DNA of 58,557 nucleotides from Thermoplasmatota archaeon (GCA_049617695.1 JBMZJT010000001.1:1-58557); one strand, 5' to 3'. Shown: positions 45,743 to 55,530, counted from the stretch's first letter. Made by a program: numbers and translations. Notes: a model not told the origin generated them from the letters alone.

Positions 45743-46702
45743 ATGAGCGAGCAAACGAACGCCCACGACCGTGTCTACCCCTTCAAGGGCAAGCACCTGG
45801 GCAACAAGATCGCCGTGACTCTCGTTTCCGTGATTCCCCTGGCCTTGACGGTCTTCGCGATCATCCGCCTCTGGGGTCTCCACGTCACCTGGCTGGACAT
45901 GGCCCTGCTGTTCGGCTTCCACATCCTCGGCGGCATCGGCATCACGCTGGGCTACCACCGCATGACGACCCACGGCGCCTTCAAGGCACGCCGACCCATT
46001 CAGGCGCTCTTCGTTTGGATGGGCGTCAATGCCGTCCAAGGCGGCCCCGCCAGCTGGGCGGCCACCCACCGACGCCACCACAGCCTGAGCGACCAACCCG
46101 GCGACCCGCACAGTCCCCTGGAAGGCCTCTGGCACGCCCATTGGGGTTGGATGGTCAAGGGCAACCTGGTCCACAGTGGCCCCGGCTACGACCGCCTCAT
46201 GCGCGACCCTGTGATTCGCTTCTTTGAGAAGACCCAGCTCTTCTGGTACGTGATGACCTTCGTGATGCCCGGCATCGTCGCGGGCTTCGTCGCCCCCGCC
46301 GTCGGCCTCGGCGCGGGTGTCTTTGCCTGGGGGGCCTTCTGGCAAGGTGTGCTGTGGGGTGGCGCCGTGCGCGTCTTCCTGATGCACCACATTACATGGA
46401 GCATCAACAGCATCTGCCACGCCTGGGGCACCCGCCCCTACACGAGTCCCGACGTTGCGCGCAACAACGCCATCTTCGGGGTCCTGGGCTACGGCGAAGG
46501 CTGGCACAACAACCACCACGCCTTCCCTGACAGTGCTCACATCGGCATGCGCTGGTACCAAATCGACCTGGGCCGCTACGTCCTGGCCGTGCTGCGTCCA
46601 TTCAAGCTGGTCTACGATCTGAAGTTGCCCAGCAAGGCCGAGCGTCAAGCGCGCAGCGCCAAGCAAGCCAAGCAGGCAAAGGCTCAGCGCATCGCGACGT
46701 AA
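45743..46702 (+). CDS. membrane fatty-acid (acyl-CoA/acyl-lipid delta-9 type) desaturase
   Basis: The ATG at 45743 gives 319 aa. There are three histidine boxes (HRMTTH, HRRHH, HNNHH) with intervening hydrophobic helices. Confidence 0.85.
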   Translation: MSEQTNAHDRVYPFKGKHLGNKIAVTLVSVIPLALTVFAIIRLWGLHVTWLDMALLFGFHILGGIGITLGYHRMTTHGAFKARRPIQALFVWMGVNAVQGGPASWAATHRRHHSLSDQPGDPHSPLEGLWHAHWGWMVKGNLVHSGPGYDRLMRDPVIRFFEKTQLFWYVMTFVMPGIVAGFVAPAVGLGAGVFAWGAFWQGVLWGGAVRVFLMHHITWSINSICHAWGTRPYTSPDVARNNAIFGVLGYGEGWHNNHHAFPDSAHIGMRWYQIDLGRYVLAVLRPFKLVYDLKLPSKAERQARSAKQAKQAKAQRIAT

Positions 46703-47277
46703 CCGCCCACTTCGATGCCGCGCAAGGTTTCTTCGTGGAAACTGAAGCGAGCATCAAGCGGGTAGTCCCAACGGCCGACGCGTTCCACTTCCAGGCCCTG
46801 CTCCTTGTAGAATGCGGAGAGGAAGCGCTCGTTGACGGGTTGCTGCAAGAACCAAATCGACCCCCGGCGCGCCGCCGTGGCCTCGATGGCGCGCTGATGG
46901 AACACTCGATCGGCGTACTTGCGCTGGCTGCCAAAGGGCGGATTCATGACGACGGTGTCGACGGCGGGCGCATCATAGTCGGCCAAATCGGCCACGTGGA
47001 AGTCGCCGTCGACGTGCTCCGCGGATATGGCAATCGCGTCCGCGTCCACGTCGACGCCCGTCACGCGGCCACCAAGCGCATGCACGCCCCGACTCAGGGT
47101 CCCCGTGCCGCAGCCCAAGTCCAAGACGTCCTTGGAAGCGATGCAGCCGTCTTGATGGGCTTCCCAGAGGAACGCCGCCGCAACCCGGCTTGGGGTGCGG
47201 TACTGCTCCCGACTCGCGTCCGGGGTCGGAAAATCTGGAACCGCATCCAGGAGTCGCTCCAAGTCCCGCAGGCGCAC
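46684..47277 (-). CDS. SAM-dependent N6-adenine methyltransferase, METTL5-like
   Basis: VLDLGCGTG SAM motif and NPPFG catalytic motif; 197 aa. Confidence 0.7.
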   Translation of the reverse strand: MRLRDLERLLDAVPDFPTPDASREQYRTPSRVAAAFLWEAHQDGCIASKDVLDLGCGTGTLSRGVHALGGRVTGVDVDADAIAISAEHVDGDFHVADLADYDAPAVDTVVMNPPFGSQRKYADRVFHQRAIEATAARRGSIWFLQQPVNERFLSAFYKEQGLEVERVGRWDYPLDARFSFHEETLRGIEVGGYVAMR

Positions 47278-47321
47278 GGCAGGGCCACAAAGCGATGCCT
47301 TAAGACGCCTGAGGCCAAATT

Positions 47322-47942
47322 TTGCTTGTGGGGCAATTGTACGTCATCCGACATGGTCAAACCACGTGCAACCAGGAGGCCATCATCCAAGGCCCGCGCG
47401 TGGACGCCGCATTGTCCGAGACGGGCCGACAACAAGGGGTCCGGCTCGGCGAGGCCTTCGCCCACACGCCCCTCGACGCCGTCATCACGAGTCCACTGCA
47501 ACGGGCACGAGACACGGCGCAGGCACTCTTGGAGGGCCACGCCGGCGGCTTGAGTTCCCAAGTCGCGCCTGAGCTGTATGAACTCGATTTTGGCGACTTC
47601 TGTGGCCGCCGCATGCCGGATGTGGCAGACGCCTTCGCCCAAGTGGTCGATGCTTGGGATCTCGGCTTCGTCGATCAAGCCTTTCCTGGAGGCGAATCGC
47701 CGGCCTTGGCCCAGCATCGCATCCGCCCCGTCGCCCAACAACTGCGAGCCCATGTGGCCGACCATGACGTCGCCGTCGTCGCCCACGGGCGCATCAACAA
47801 AATCTTGCTCGCCACGTTGTTGGGGCGTCCTCTCGTCGAAATGGGCCAATACCCCCAAGACAACGCCTCGATCACGCAGATTGCCTGGACGGAAGCGGGC
47901 CCGGTTGTGCGCCGCATCAACGACACGATGCATTTGACCTGA
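47322..47942 (+). CDS. histidine phosphatase family protein (phosphoglycerate mutase-like)
   Basis: LYVIRHGQTTCN (RHG motif), a downstream SPLQRARDTA block and VVAHG. Confidence 0.8.
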   Translation: MLVGQLYVIRHGQTTCNQEAIIQGPRVDAALSETGRQQGVRLGEAFAHTPLDAVITSPLQRARDTAQALLEGHAGGLSSQVAPELYELDFGDFCGRRMPDVADAFAQVVDAWDLGFVDQAFPGGESPALAQHRIRPVAQQLRAHVADHDVAVVAHGRINKILLATLLGRPLVEMGQYPQDNASITQIAWTEAGPVVRRINDTMHLT

Positions 47943-47983
47943 TTTGGGAAAACCTGCTTTAGAAACGCCGCCACTTCTCTCCT

Positions 47984-48976
47984 ATGCGCGTCGTCCTCCT
48001 GTTGCTCGTGGCGGGGCTTGCCGGATGCACCCAATTCACGGATCCGACTCCGCCGGGCTTTCCCAGTGAAGGCCCATGGCTGCAAAGCGAGCCGTTGACG
48101 CGCAGTGGATTGGAAGGCCAAGTGGTCCTCGTTGATTTCTGGACCTACAGTTGCATCAACTGCATCCGGACACTGCCCCACTTGACGGCCTGGTACGATA
48201 CCTATGCGCCGTTTGGGTTCGTCATCGTCGGCGTCCACACGCCGGAGTTCGATTTCGAGAAGGACACCGCCAACGTGGAAGCCGCCCTGGAGAAGTACGG
48301 CATCAACTATCCCGTGGTCCAAGACGACGATCGCACCATTTGGCGCGCATGGGAGCAGCGCTTCTGGCCAGCCAAGTATCTCATCGCGCCCGACGGCGAC
48401 GAAGTGTACCGGCACTTTGGCGAAGGCGCGTATTTTGAGACCGAAACCAAGATTCGTGAGCTCTTGGAAGCCCAAGGCCACGTGCTGCCCGAGCGCGTCT
48501 CGCCCCCTGATGGCAGTGCGCCTCGCGTGTCCTTGACGCGGGAGCTCTACGCCGGCACATGGCGCCAGCATGATGCCATCGGGAACGCGGAAGGCTACCG
48601 GCCCGGCCAAACCGTGACCTATACGTTGCCCGAGAATCCCGGCGCCGACCGCATCTACTTGGAAGGCGATTGGTTCAACGGCGAAGAAGCGCTCACGGCC
48701 CAAGGCCCTGGAAAGGTGTCGCTCTGGTTCCGGGCAGGCGCCGCCAATTTCGTCGCAGAGGGGCCTGGATGCGTGACGGTTCTTCTGGGTGGCGAACCGG
48801 TTTCGGCGTGGGGTCCCGACGTGGACGACGACGGGCAGATTTGCCTCGACGGCGCCGACAGCTACGACTTCTTTGCCGGTGAGTACGGCAGCCACCGCGT
48901 GCTGTTCGAGGTGCCTGATGGTTTTTCTCTGTACACGTTCGCGTTCAGCCGCGGCCCAGCTACAGCGCCTCAATAG
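47984..48976 (+). CDS. lipobox thioredoxin-fold (redoxin/DipZ C-terminal-like) lipoprotein
   Basis: Lipobox GLAGC. VLVDFWTYSCINCIRTLPH (CxxC), followed by a beta-sandwich-like C-terminal domain. Confidence 0.75.
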   Translation: MRVVLLLLVAGLAGCTQFTDPTPPGFPSEGPWLQSEPLTRSGLEGQVVLVDFWTYSCINCIRTLPHLTAWYDTYAPFGFVIVGVHTPEFDFEKDTANVEAALEKYGINYPVVQDDDRTIWRAWEQRFWPAKYLIAPDGDEVYRHFGEGAYFETETKIRELLEAQGHVLPERVSPPDGSAPRVSLTRELYAGTWRQHDAIGNAEGYRPGQTVTYTLPENPGADRIYLEGDWFNGEEALTAQGPGKVSLWFRAGAANFVAEGPGCVTVLLGGEPVSAWGPDVDDDGQICLDGADSYDFFAGEYGSHRVLFEVPDGFSLYTFAFSRGPATAPQ

Positions 48977-49083
48977 AACATGGAATGAAGCCTTAGGCTC
49001 ATGTCATCCCAATACGGCTTGGAACCACGCAACAAACTGGAGGCCAACATCGCCATCGATGCCAGACAGGTCCAGTGGGTTCC

Positions 49084-49263
49084 ATGACGCCCATGAAGAA
49101 CCAAATGATCGACCACCTACGAGCCGCCGGACGCCCACTGAGCCACGCAGCCCTCGCCCGGCTCTACGCCGACCCCCAACAACGGAACGAAGACCGTGAC
49201 CAACTCCGCAGGCAACGCCTCGTGCGCCTCGACGGCCGCGGCATCCATTGGACCCGCACCTGA
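49084..49263 (+). CDS. small hypothetical protein (possible winged-helix)
   Basis: 59-aa ORF (MTPMKNQMIDHLRAAGRPLSHAALARL...). The only support is codon bias and its position before the DUF488 gene. Confidence 0.3.
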   Translation: MTPMKNQMIDHLRAAGRPLSHAALARLYADPQQRNEDRDQLRRQRLVRLDGRGIHWTRT

Positions 49264-49298
49264 ACCATGATGAAGCCCCGCCCCTGTCCCTGGACATC

Positions 49299-49622
49299 AT
49301 GCAAGTGCGCCGCGTCTACGAAGCACCCCGCCCCGACGACGGCCGCCGCATCCTCGTCGATCGGCTCTGGCCGCGGGGCCTGACCCGGGAAGCCGCCGCC
49401 ATTGATCACTGGGCCAAAGACCTCGCCCCGAGCCATGGCCTGCGCAAGGCGTATCATGCGGGCGAGCTCGATCACGCTCACTTCTGCGCCCAATACCAAG
49501 CCGAACTGGCCGACGCGGACCTCGGCCCACTCGCCGGCGACGTCACCCTCGTCACCGCCGCCAAGAATGTTGAGCTGAGCCATGTCCCGGTGCTCGTCCA
49601 TCTCATGAGAAACCGTGGTTGA
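49299..49622 (+). CDS. DUF488-family protein
   Basis: MQVRRVYEAPRPDDGRRILVDRLWPRGLTREAAAIDHWAKDLAPSHGLRKAYH matches the DUF488 N-terminal pattern. The ATG at 49299 is preferred to the ORF start at 49248. Confidence 0.65.
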   Translation: MQVRRVYEAPRPDDGRRILVDRLWPRGLTREAAAIDHWAKDLAPSHGLRKAYHAGELDHAHFCAQYQAELADADLGPLAGDVTLVTAAKNVELSHVPVLVHLMRNRG

Positions 49623-49785
49623 CGGCCATGGCGTTCAACGCCGAGCAGCGATTGGCCGGTATCATGAGCCGCCTCAGCGACTTTGCCACGGCCTGGAATG
49701 AAGACCAACGCATCCAGCCCCTGTGGTGGCGGATGCTCGTCAAAGCCATGCGGCGTCCCCTATGGGCCCGGCGCATCTTGACCGC

Positions 49786-50184
49786 TTAAACGCCCCACAA
49801 GTCGGCGACTTCGTCGAGCCACATGGCTTCTGAATTGGCCACGACGCCATCGCTTCGAGCCACGCCAACGAGGAATTCCAGAATCGCCGCCAAAATCGGC
49901 GAGCCCTTGCCGTACGCCGCGAGCAATCGATCCATGGTGTCCGCGATTTCAGGCCGCACTTCGTCGGTCTCATGAAACGCATCGCACGCATCCAACACCA
50001 TCTGATCGACGCGTCCCGAATCAAGGCCCGCCGCGAGCCCCATGCGTTGGGCCGCCATGGCCAATTCCCGTTGCTCCTCCGGGCTGACGAAACGATCGGC
50101 TTGAGCCAAGTGGAGGGCTAGGAACACGAACCGGTGGGTGGTCGTCCAACGCATCGACGCCGGCTCATGCCGGCGGGCTGGCAT
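49786..50184 (-). CDS. hypothetical protein, TerB-like helical domain (tentative)
   Basis: 132 aa. The pattern LALHLAQADRFVSPEEQREL...LVGVARSDGVVANSEAMWLDEVADLWGV resembles TerB/DjlA-N type repeats. The call is weak. Confidence 0.35.
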   Translation of the reverse strand: MPARRHEPASMRWTTTHRFVFLALHLAQADRFVSPEEQRELAMAAQRMGLAAGLDSGRVDQMVLDACDAFHETDEVRPEIADTMDRLLAAYGKGSPILAAILEFLVGVARSDGVVANSEAMWLDEVADLWGV

Positions 50185-50316
50185 AAACGAAGCGTTGGCA
50201 AGGCGCGGCCTGGTTCGCCTTCACGTCCCTAACGGGCATTGGCGGCGCATTTGTCGCCCCGACGGCCTGCTAGGCCGCTGGGTCCACTCGGCAGTGCCTC
50301 GCTCGCCCCCACTTCC

Positions 50317-51348
50317 CTAACGGGAATTGGCGGCGTACGTATCGAACAGGTACTTGTCCATGGAGCGAAGACCCAACACCATGTCGAGCTCCTGCGGCGT
50401 CAGGAACGGCTTGTTGTAGCGTCCCTGGTCATCGATGGGCACGCGGGGGCATGCCACGCCGACGAAGGCATCCAAGTGGCGGAAGTAGAGCAAGTCGCCG
50501 GGACTGATTTGCTTGTTCTGAATCAAGTAGCCCCGCTTGCCGTGGTCGCGCAGCTTCTTGAGGATCCGCTTGGCCGATTCCATGCGCATTTGGCCGCCCT
50601 TGGTCGAAATGACGATGCCAAAAGTCTCCGCTTCCTGGGCATTGGCAATGGCGGCGTAGCGCTGCTTGAGGATCTTGTGCTTCGGCTCGTCGAAGGTGTG
50701 GATTTCGCCGTCGTAGGGATTGGCGCCGACGATGCGCTTCTCCGTTTCCAGCGCCAATGCGAGGGGGTGGAAGTCGCCGCTGCCGACGAACAAGAACTCG
50801 TCCACGTCCATCAGTTTGGTCGCGGCCATGACATTGCAGCCAAGGAGTTGTCCCTGCAGCTTGGTGCGCTTGTCACCGAAGCCCAACACGGGCTCGAAGC
50901 CTTCCTCGCGCAGGATGTCGCAGGCCTCCTCCATCTTGTGGGTGTGCTGCGCCGTGGTGCACACACCGATGCGCTTGCCGGTCAAGTGTTCCTTGGCGGC
51001 CTTGCGAACAACGGGTTCGATGGTGTGCGTGGACCATGCTTGGATGTAGTAGACGTGGACGCCGCCCAGTTCCGGGACGCTGGGCATGTCACTGTGGCCA
51101 AAGTGCAAAAGCACCTTGACGTCGAGCTTGGCCATTTCGTCGTCGCACAGGTCGCAGGCGCCGTAGCACGGATCGGCCGAGATGACGACGGGGACCCCGA
51201 GTTCGGCTTCCACGATGTCGGCAATCTCCGTGCCGTGGTCGCGCAGGCCATCCGGGAACTGCACGCCGATGCTCTCCAACTCCGGGTGGTCTTTGCGCAC
51301 TTGGGGCAGGACCTCCTCGAACGGAATGAGGTAGTTGTAGAGCTCCAT
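50317..51348 (-). CDS. dph2: 2-(3-amino-3-carboxypropyl)histidine synthase (diphthamide synthesis Dph2)
   Basis: 343 aa. IGVQFPDGL, ADPCYGACDL, LLHFGHS and ISPGDLLYF blocks are typical of archaeal Dph2. Confidence 0.8.
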   Translation of the reverse strand: MELYNYLIPFEEVLPQVRKDHPELESIGVQFPDGLRDHGTEIADIVEAELGVPVVISADPCYGACDLCDDEMAKLDVKVLLHFGHSDMPSVPELGGVHVYYIQAWSTHTIEPVVRKAAKEHLTGKRIGVCTTAQHTHKMEEACDILREEGFEPVLGFGDKRTKLQGQLLGCNVMAATKLMDVDEFLFVGSGDFHPLALALETEKRIVGANPYDGEIHTFDEPKHKILKQRYAAIANAQEAETFGIVISTKGGQMRMESAKRILKKLRDHGKRGYLIQNKQISPGDLLYFRHLDAFVGVACPRVPIDDQGRYNKPFLTPQELDMVLGLRSMDKYLFDTYAANSR

Positions 51349-51392
51349 GGGCTTGCGGGGCCAGCGCGTGGTTATCAGGGTTGCGGACGCGG

Positions 51393-52685
51393 CTACTCGT
51401 AACTCAGCGCTTCCACCGGCTGAATCTTCGTCGCTCGCCTGGCTGGCAGGAATCCCGCCAGCACACCGGTTAGCACACCGACGCCGACGCTGATGCCCAC
51501 CCAGTCCCAGGGCATGACGAAGCTGACGTCTTCGCCGGAGAACAGGCCATTGATGAGTGCGGCGCCGCCGCCGATGCCGAGCAGGATGCCGATGAGGCTG
51601 CCGACGAGGCCAATGATGGCTGCTTCCAGGAGGAACATCCAGAGGATGTCGCGGTCGAGGCCGCCGATGGCCTTCATGACGCCGATTTCCTTGGTGCGTT
51701 CCGTGACGGTGATGAGCATGATGGTGCCAATCATGACGCCGCCCACCAGGAGGCTCACGCCTGCAATGCCGGCGATGAAGATCGTGATCTGGTCGAATGC
51801 GCTGCCGATTTGGTCTTGGATGTCGCTGGCGGTGGCGACGAAGACGGTCAGGCCTTCCACGTCTTGCAGCAGGGCGTATGCGTCACTGTCGTCGAGCATG
51901 TAGTCTTCGACATCGGCCTTGACGTCCCGAGCCACGGCGGCGGTTTCGGCGACGACCGTGAAGCCCAGGTACACGCGCACATTTTCGCCGGTGGTGGGGC
52001 TGGCGCGGCTGTCCGTGTAGAATGGGTCCAAGGCAACGAAGACCTGGCCGTTGAGGCTGCCAAAGAGGCTCTCTTCCTTGGCCAAGATGCCCGCGACGGC
52101 GACGTCTTGGGTGCTGGCGTCGGGCCGCGTGATGGTGACCGTGTCGCCAATCGCAATGGTGGGATCGGTGCTGCCTGTGACGCCGCTGAGTTGCTGCGCA
52201 ATGGCGTAGCCGAGCACCATTTCCAATTCGCCATCCGTGAACGGGCCGCCGACGAGGTAGTTGTCGCCTTCGGGATTGACGCGCACTTCGTCGGCGTCCT
52301 GCGTTGTCGCTGTCAGCGTACGGAATTGCAGGTCGTCTTCGCCGTAGCGCAGATTCGTAACCGCGGATTCGCCACTGGCAATGACGCGATCGACGCCATC
52401 GATGTCCAGCAAGGCCTGTCGGTCCACTTCCGTGAACACCAGGCCAAATTGCCCTGCATCGGGAGGACCATTTTGGACGCCGTCGGCGCCGGCGGTCACG
52501 AAGATGCTGCGGTTGTCCACTTCATCGAATTGGCTCGTGACGCTCTCTTCAAAGGCGGCACCAAGGCTGACGACGGCGATGACGGAGCCAATGCCAATGA
52601 CGACGCCCAGGATCGTGAGGACGCTGCGCATTTTGCGGTTCCACAGGCTTCGCAGGGCCATGCGAAGGGCTTCGAATCCGAGCAT
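51393..52685 (-). CDS. ABC transporter permease, MacB/FtsX type
   Basis: N-terminus LRSLWNRKMRSVLTILGVVIGIGSVIAVVS, a large extracytoplasmic domain, and a C-terminal FtsX helix bundle ending PARRATKIQPVEALSYE. Confidence 0.85.
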   Translation of the reverse strand: MLGFEALRMALRSLWNRKMRSVLTILGVVIGIGSVIAVVSLGAAFEESVTSQFDEVDNRSIFVTAGADGVQNGPPDAGQFGLVFTEVDRQALLDIDGVDRVIASGESAVTNLRYGEDDLQFRTLTATTQDADEVRVNPEGDNYLVGGPFTDGELEMVLGYAIAQQLSGVTGSTDPTIAIGDTVTITRPDASTQDVAVAGILAKEESLFGSLNGQVFVALDPFYTDSRASPTTGENVRVYLGFTVVAETAAVARDVKADVEDYMLDDSDAYALLQDVEGLTVFVATASDIQDQIGSAFDQITIFIAGIAGVSLLVGGVMIGTIMLITVTERTKEIGVMKAIGGLDRDILWMFLLEAAIIGLVGSLIGILLGIGGGAALINGLFSGEDVSFVMPWDWVGISVGVGVLTGVLAGFLPARRATKIQPVEALSYE

Positions 52686-53365
52686 CAGGCACCTCCGGAG
52701 CGCACGATGCGGCCATCCTTGACGACGATGATGCGCTCGCCGTAGGCGGCCATGTCGCGGTCGTGGGTCACTTGGACGATGGTTTTGCCTTGATTGTGAA
52801 GGTCCGCGAACAATTCCATGATTTCCTGGGTCGTGCGGCTGTCCAGGTTGCCGGTGGGTTCATCGGCCAAGAGAATGGGTGGCTGCAAGGCCAAGGCGCG
52901 GGCGATGGCGACGCGTTGCTTCTGGCCGCCGCTGAGTTCGCTCGGCTTGTTGCCCATGCGGTCGCCCAGGCCCACGCTACGCAGGGCTTGCTGGGCCATT
53001 TCCTTGCGCCGGCCGTACGGTGTGCCGCCCAGCGCAAGCGGCAGCATGACATTCTGGAGGGCGGAGGTGCGGGGAATCAAGTGGAATGCTTGGAAGATGA
53101 AGCCCATGTGCTTGCGCCGGGCCAAGGTGCGTTGCTTGTCCGTCAGGCGGCTGGCGACTTGGCCCATGACGCGGATGCCGCCACTTGTGGGTGCATCGAG
53201 CAAGCCAAGCAAGTGCATCAACGTCGATTTGCCGCTGCCGCTGGGGCCCATGATGCTGACGAATTGGCCTTGCGGAATGTCGAGGTTGACGCCGCGCAGG
53301 GCGTGGACTTCGTTGCCCGGCTTGCCGTAGGTCTTGCTCAACCGCCGTGCTTGGATGGCGTGCAC
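52685..53365 (-). CDS. ABC transporter ATP-binding protein (MacB/LolD type)
   Basis: Walker A GPSGSGKST, signature LSGGQKQRVAIAR, Walker B ILLADEPT. The stop overlaps the permease start by 1 nt. Confidence 0.9.
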   Translation of the reverse strand: MHAIQARRLSKTYGKPGNEVHALRGVNLDIPQGQFVSIMGPSGSGKSTLMHLLGLLDAPTSGGIRVMGQVASRLTDKQRTLARRKHMGFIFQAFHLIPRTSALQNVMLPLALGGTPYGRRKEMAQQALRSVGLGDRMGNKPSELSGGQKQRVAIARALALQPPILLADEPTGNLDSRTTQEIMELFADLHNQGKTIVQVTHDRDMAAYGERIIVVKDGRIVRSGGA

Positions 53366-53396
53366 GGCCAGTCAATCCATCCTTTGGGCTAAAACG

Positions 53397-53945
53397 TCAA
53401 GGGTCCACGTGGACGCGCTGGTCGACGTGGATGCGATGCATGGCTTGGATCGGCAATCCCGTGTCATCGCGAATGGCTTGGGCGCCTGTGCCTTTTTCCA
53501 CGATGGCCAAGCAACCGATCACGGTGGCGCCGCGTTCGTCCAGGGCCGCCATGAGGCCACGTAGGGTGCCGCCGGTGCTGATCAGATCATCAACGATGAG
53601 CACCTTGTCATCTGGACGAATGTCGTTGAGGTAGATGCAGCTCTCGCCGTAACCGGTTTCACAGTACGCAATCGTCTCGCCCGGTAGGCCGTATTGCCGT
53701 TTGCGCGCAATCACCATGGGCTTTCCAGACAGCAAGCTGAGGGCGGTCGCCACGGGAATCGCCATGGCCTCGGGCGCCAACAACAAGGTCGCCTGGTCGA
53801 CGCCGGGCTGTTGCATGGCCCAGGCTGCCCATTCACGCAGTTCTTCCACGTCCATGCGGGGCACGCCATCTGTCAAGGGATGGATGATGTATGGATATCC
53901 GGACTTGTCGAGAATGGGTGCGGCGGCGAGGCTATCCTTGATCAT
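53397..53945 (-). CDS. purine phosphoribosyltransferase (archaeal Hpt-like)
   Basis: The ATG at 53945 (MIKDSL) gives 182 aa. PRPP-binding motif VLIVDDLISTGGT. Confidence 0.75.
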   Translation of the reverse strand: MIKDSLAAAPILDKSGYPYIIHPLTDGVPRMDVEELREWAAWAMQQPGVDQATLLLAPEAMAIPVATALSLLSGKPMVIARKRQYGLPGETIAYCETGYGESCIYLNDIRPDDKVLIVDDLISTGGTLRGLMAALDERGATVIGCLAIVEKGTGAQAIRDDTGLPIQAMHRIHVDQRVHVDP

Positions 53946-55155
53946 AGGACTCCAGGAATCGGTCGATGATGTCGTCGGTAACGTGCGGGCCGACAACGAT
54001 GCGTAGGGCCTCAAATCGGGGCACGATGTTGAGTCGGAAGCCCGCGGACATGAGCCTGGCATGGCGGCTCTTGACGTCGCCGTGATGGAACGTGACGACG
54101 TTCAACTCAGGCTCGGCAACGAGGCTCGCGCCGCGTGCCTTGAGGCCTTGTGCCAGCCGCTTGGCAGATGCGATGCATCGGTGGGCATTGGATTCGTAGC
54201 CGTCCAGGCCAGTGGCGCGGTGCGCGGCCCACGTGGCGGCGACGGCGGCGCCGGGCCGGGTGCCCATGAGCGTGCTTTGGCTGTCGGTGCTAACGTAGCT
54301 CGTCTCGACCGCCGTGGCCTGCCAAATGCTCGCGTCGGCGACGACCAACGCACCGGCCGGAACGGGAGCCATGCCCATTTTGTGGGGGTCCAGCGCGACA
54401 CTTGTCACGCCAGGCACGCGCAAATCCCAGGGTATCTCCAGGAATGGGAGAACGTAGCCGCCAAAGGCGCCGTCCACGTGGCAGTGGGCGCCGACGCGTT
54501 GGGCTGCGGCTGCAATGGCCGGGATGTCATCGACCAAGCCGAGTTCCGTGCTGCCGGCGATGGCCACGACCAGAGCCGTGTCATCGCTGATGGCTGCCGC
54601 CATGGCGTCGGGGTCGCTGCGCAAGTCGTCGCCGGCGGGCACGCGGATCAACTCCATGCCCAGCATGCGGGTGGCCTTCTCGAAACTGAAGTGCGCGGCG
54701 CCACTGATGACGACTTGGTTGCGGCCCGTAGTTTCCCTGGCCAGGTAGCAGGCTTGCAGGTTGGCTTCCGTGCCACCTGTGAGGAACCGCGCATGCTCGG
54801 CGCCGGGCGCGCTGACAAGTTGTGCCAGGTCCGCTAGGACGTCGCGTTCGAGTTGGGCCGTGCCTGGGAAATGATCTGGATCGCCGAGGTTCGTCGGCAG
54901 GAACCATCCGTAGACCTCTTGGGCCAACGCATGGGGCTCCGTGCACATCGAGCCCAGAATTTCGCCTTGGGCAAAGGAGAGGTCCTTGCTGCGGGCGTCG
55001 TGCAAGGCGGTGCGCACCGCCTCGGGCGGCCACGGCTGGCGGTCCACGAAGTCTCCATGGCGCCTCGGATAAAAGGGCAGGCCTGTAGATTCACCAATCT
55101 CTGAACCAAGGCCTTCTCCCCAAAGCGGTCTCTTGCCCGCCATGGCCGGAAGCAT
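53932..55155 (-). CDS. mfnA: PLP-dependent L-tyrosine/L-aspartate decarboxylase
   Basis: GSMCTEPH, TGGTEANL, HVDGAFGG and the PLP-lysine context DPHKMG are present. The start is at 55155 or 55143. The longer ORF to 55407 is rejected. Confidence 0.8.
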   Translation of the reverse strand: MLPAMAGKRPLWGEGLGSEIGESTGLPFYPRRHGDFVDRQPWPPEAVRTALHDARSKDLSFAQGEILGSMCTEPHALAQEVYGWFLPTNLGDPDHFPGTAQLERDVLADLAQLVSAPGAEHARFLTGGTEANLQACYLARETTGRNQVVISGAAHFSFEKATRMLGMELIRVPAGDDLRSDPDAMAAAISDDTALVVAIAGSTELGLVDDIPAIAAAAQRVGAHCHVDGAFGGYVLPFLEIPWDLRVPGVTSVALDPHKMGMAPVPAGALVVADASIWQATAVETSYVSTDSQSTLMGTRPGAAVAATWAAHRATGLDGYESNAHRCIASAKRLAQGLKARGASLVAEPELNVVTFHHGDVKSRHARLMSAGFRLNIVPRFEALRIVVGPHVTDDIIDRFLESYDQG

Positions 55156-55417
55156 CCTCGCACAGCTCACGATGGCAGGCGTGATTGAACGATCGGGACG
55201 CGGTCGCGCCGTCTTGCGCGTGACACCACGATTCCTGGCCCACGTCGAACGCACCGCAGGCCTGCGCCACATCACAGGCGATGAAGCGGTTCGTGCTGCA
55301 TTGGCGTCCTGGGCCGATCCGACGCCGCGCGGCGCCACTGCCACGGTTGCAGCCATCCTGGAAGGGCAACAATCCGTCGTGACGTTCGGCACGGCGACGC
55401 GCTGCATTGCTGCCTAA
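55142..55417 (+). CDS. small hypothetical protein (91 aa)
   Basis: The ORF is divergent from mfnA (MAGSILAQLTMAGVIERSGRGRAVLRVTPRFL...). Codon bias is compatible with coding, but I recognise no family. Confidence 0.3.
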   Translation: MAGSILAQLTMAGVIERSGRGRAVLRVTPRFLAHVERTAGLRHITGDEAVRAALASWADPTPRGATATVAAILEGQQSVVTFGTATRCIAA

Positions 55418-55436
55418 ACGTGCCCGAATGGCTCTG

Positions 55437-55530
55437 CCGCTCAACCCCGCACAAATCCTTGGTGAACCGATGCTCCGCTGAACGAAACAAAGGCAATACG
55501 CCTGCGAAGGCGCCGTTGGCAGGATGTGAA
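55437..55530 (-). repeat. distal 94-nt copy of the tRNA-Asn T-loop-to-3'-end plus 74-nt downstream flank
   Basis: 91 of 94 positions are identical to 55571..55664 at an offset of 134 nt. The mismatches are at 55464, 55480 and 55526. Confidence 0.9.

Noticed and set aside
45620-46666. N-terminal 349 codons of the 502-aa minus-strand ORF, and likewise the 45125..45742 extension of the desaturase ORF
   Set aside because: The HxlR domain begins near the ATG at 45619, and the desaturase begins at the ATG at 45743. The extensions are antisense to each other's real genes.
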